This document shows positions 39,319 to 40,443 of a DNA stretch of 40,443 nt, one piece after another (positions within the stretch are counted from its first letter, which is position 1; each line of letters opens with the position of its first letter). The stretch is from Candidatus Hydrogenedentota bacterium. Lineage in GTDB: Bacteria > Hydrogenedentota > Hydrogenedentia > Hydrogenedentales > SLHB01. The position numbers were made by a program, and so were the translations under genes. Below the pieces are notes generated by a model. It had not been told where the DNA came from, ran no database searches, and saw only the letters and a program-made list of their open reading frames with translations. The DNA lies in contig JAWXCN010000153.1 of the NCBI GenBank assembly GCA_034408725.1, positions 1 through 40,443 on the forward strand, given 5' to 3'.

Positions 39319-40368
39319 ATGATGTATGGCGATCACATGGTGAAAGAACGCGTCGCGTTTTTGAGCGACGACCCCGAGCGCTTGCGGACGGTGAAGGGCC
39401 GCGCGTTGTACGAAACGCTTGGCGGGCTTGGCCTCACGCACGCCCAGTATTTTCGCGCGCTGGGCACGAACGTGTCCGACTACTGCGCGCAGGAATTCGG
39501 AATCGATTTGCACCGCATCACGGTGGACCGCTTCTTCCAAAGCGATCCGAACGCCAAATGGCTGTTCCCCGACATGGTGCGCGAATCGGTCGTTGCGGGG
39601 TTGAAACGGCGTCCCGCGTATCCCGACCTGATCATTCGCGATGAGCCGATTTCGAGCACGGCGTTTGACGTGCCGTATGTCGAGGAAAATTCCGCGGAAG
39701 AAGAGCTGCGGACAGTTGCCGAAGGCGCGGCGATTCCGGAATCCGAAATTACCTACGGCGACCGTATCGTTCGGCTCGACAAGAAGGGCCGCGGCATTAT
39801 TGCGTCCTACGAGGTGATCCGGCGCATGTCCGTGGACATGCTGCGCGTACACCTGCAACGCATTGGCGAGCGCCTGGGCCGCGCCCTTGATGCGCGGCTC
39901 GCGACGGTGCTGGTCAGTGGCGATTCGTCCGGCGTGGCTACAGCCGCCACGACAGTGAACACCGCAACCGTGAACACGTGGACGTATGCGGACATCGTGA
40001 AGGGGTATATGACGCTCACCCTGGACCATTACTTCACGCCGACGCACATGCTTGCGAACTCCGCGCTCGCGCAGACCATCCTGAATCTTTCCGAGTTCAA
40101 GGACGCAGCGCTGTTCGACTTCGCGAAATCCGGCAACCCAATCACGCCGCTGGGCGTGAAGCTCGTGCCGATGGTCGATCAGCCCGCGAATAAGCTCACG
40201 ATTGTGGACGCGGGCTACGCCGTCGAAAAACTCACCGAGCAGGACGTGCTCGTCGAGAACGACAAACTCATCAATCAGCAATGGGACCGCACGTTCCTCA
40301 CGGTCGTGACTGACTTTGCCGTGATCTACCAGAAGGCGCGCGTGGTCGTCCAGAGTGACTGGACCTAA
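39319..40368 (+). CDS. HK97-fold major capsid protein
   Basis: 349 aa; LFPDMV, E-loop VAEGAAIPESEI, KKGRGIIASYEVIRR, spine helix LRVHLQRIGERLGRALDARL and C-terminal DFAVIYQKARVVV. Confidence 0.88.
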   Translation: MMYGDHMVKERVAFLSDDPERLRTVKGRALYETLGGLGLTHAQYFRALGTNVSDYCAQEFGIDLHRITVDRFFQSDPNAKWLFPDMVRESVVAGLKRRPAYPDLIIRDEPISSTAFDVPYVEENSAEEELRTVAEGAAIPESEITYGDRIVRLDKKGRGIIASYEVIRRMSVDMLRVHLQRIGERLGRALDARLATVLVSGDSSGVATAATTVNTATVNTWTYADIVKGYMTLTLDHYFTPTHMLANSALAQTILNLSEFKDAALFDFAKSGNPITPLGVKLVPMVDQPANKLTIVDAGYAVEKLTEQDVLVENDKLINQQWDRTFLTVVTDFAVIYQKARVVVQSDWT

Positions 40369-40376
40369 GCGCGCCG

Positions 40377-40408
40377 CGCGGCGGGGGTACGCCCTCGCCC
40401 CCGCCGCG
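40377..40408 (+). terminator. GC-rich 11-bp hairpin after the capsid gene (possible attenuator or mRNA stabiliser)
   Basis: CGCGGCGGGGG-N10-CCCCCGCCGCG followed by a pyrimidine/AT tract; a new GGGAG RBS and ATG at 40438 follow. Confidence 0.5.
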
Positions 40409-40443
40409 TCCCCCTTATTACTTATTGGGAGAATTCGATGCCC

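Noticed and set aside
39319-40368. Encapsulin nanocompartment interpretation of the capsid gene
   Set aside because: Portal, terminase, protease and cement genes are present, which points to a DNA-packaging head; encapsulin systems lack these.
21416-40443. Ordinary contiguous prophage
   Set aside because: No integrase, repressor or replication genes in view, and the modules are interleaved with typical cellular genes and host repeats. Not fully excluded without flanking sequence.

Overview
GC-rich bacterial chromosome segment. The lineage cannot be determined from sequence alone; the dockerin-tagged secreted enzyme and dense intergenic repeats suggest a Hydrogenedentota- or Planctomycetota-like organism. 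The left half is mostly housekeeping and metabolic: a GH10-like hydrolase, two GT4 glycosyltransferases, the rpsF-ssb-rpsR-DUF2232-rplI-dnaB operon, a histidine phosphatase/rnk/acyl-CoA dehydrogenase/phosphotransferase cluster, 2-oxoacid:ferredoxin oxidoreductase alpha and beta, an M14 peptidase, PqaA and YceI. The right half holds the main finding: an apparently intact tailed-phage HEAD module split into three + strand islands in canonical order. These are (i) putative TerS + TerL at 21.4-23.4 kb, (ii) portal + prohead protease + holin-like ORF + a LigD-phosphoesterase/scaffold-like fusion at 31.7-34.8 kb, and (iii) cement/decoration protein + major capsid protein at 38.9-40.4 kb, continuing past the window. 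Ordinary cellular genes separate the islands, and no integrase, repressor or phage replication gene is visible. All three islands are preceded by AGTGCAAC, extended to a 16/17-identical 17-mer before islands ii and iii. This suggests a domesticated, co-regulated gene-transfer-agent-like system rather than a normal prophage (inference). Intergenic spaces are packed with several families of REP-like palindromes and short tandem repeats.
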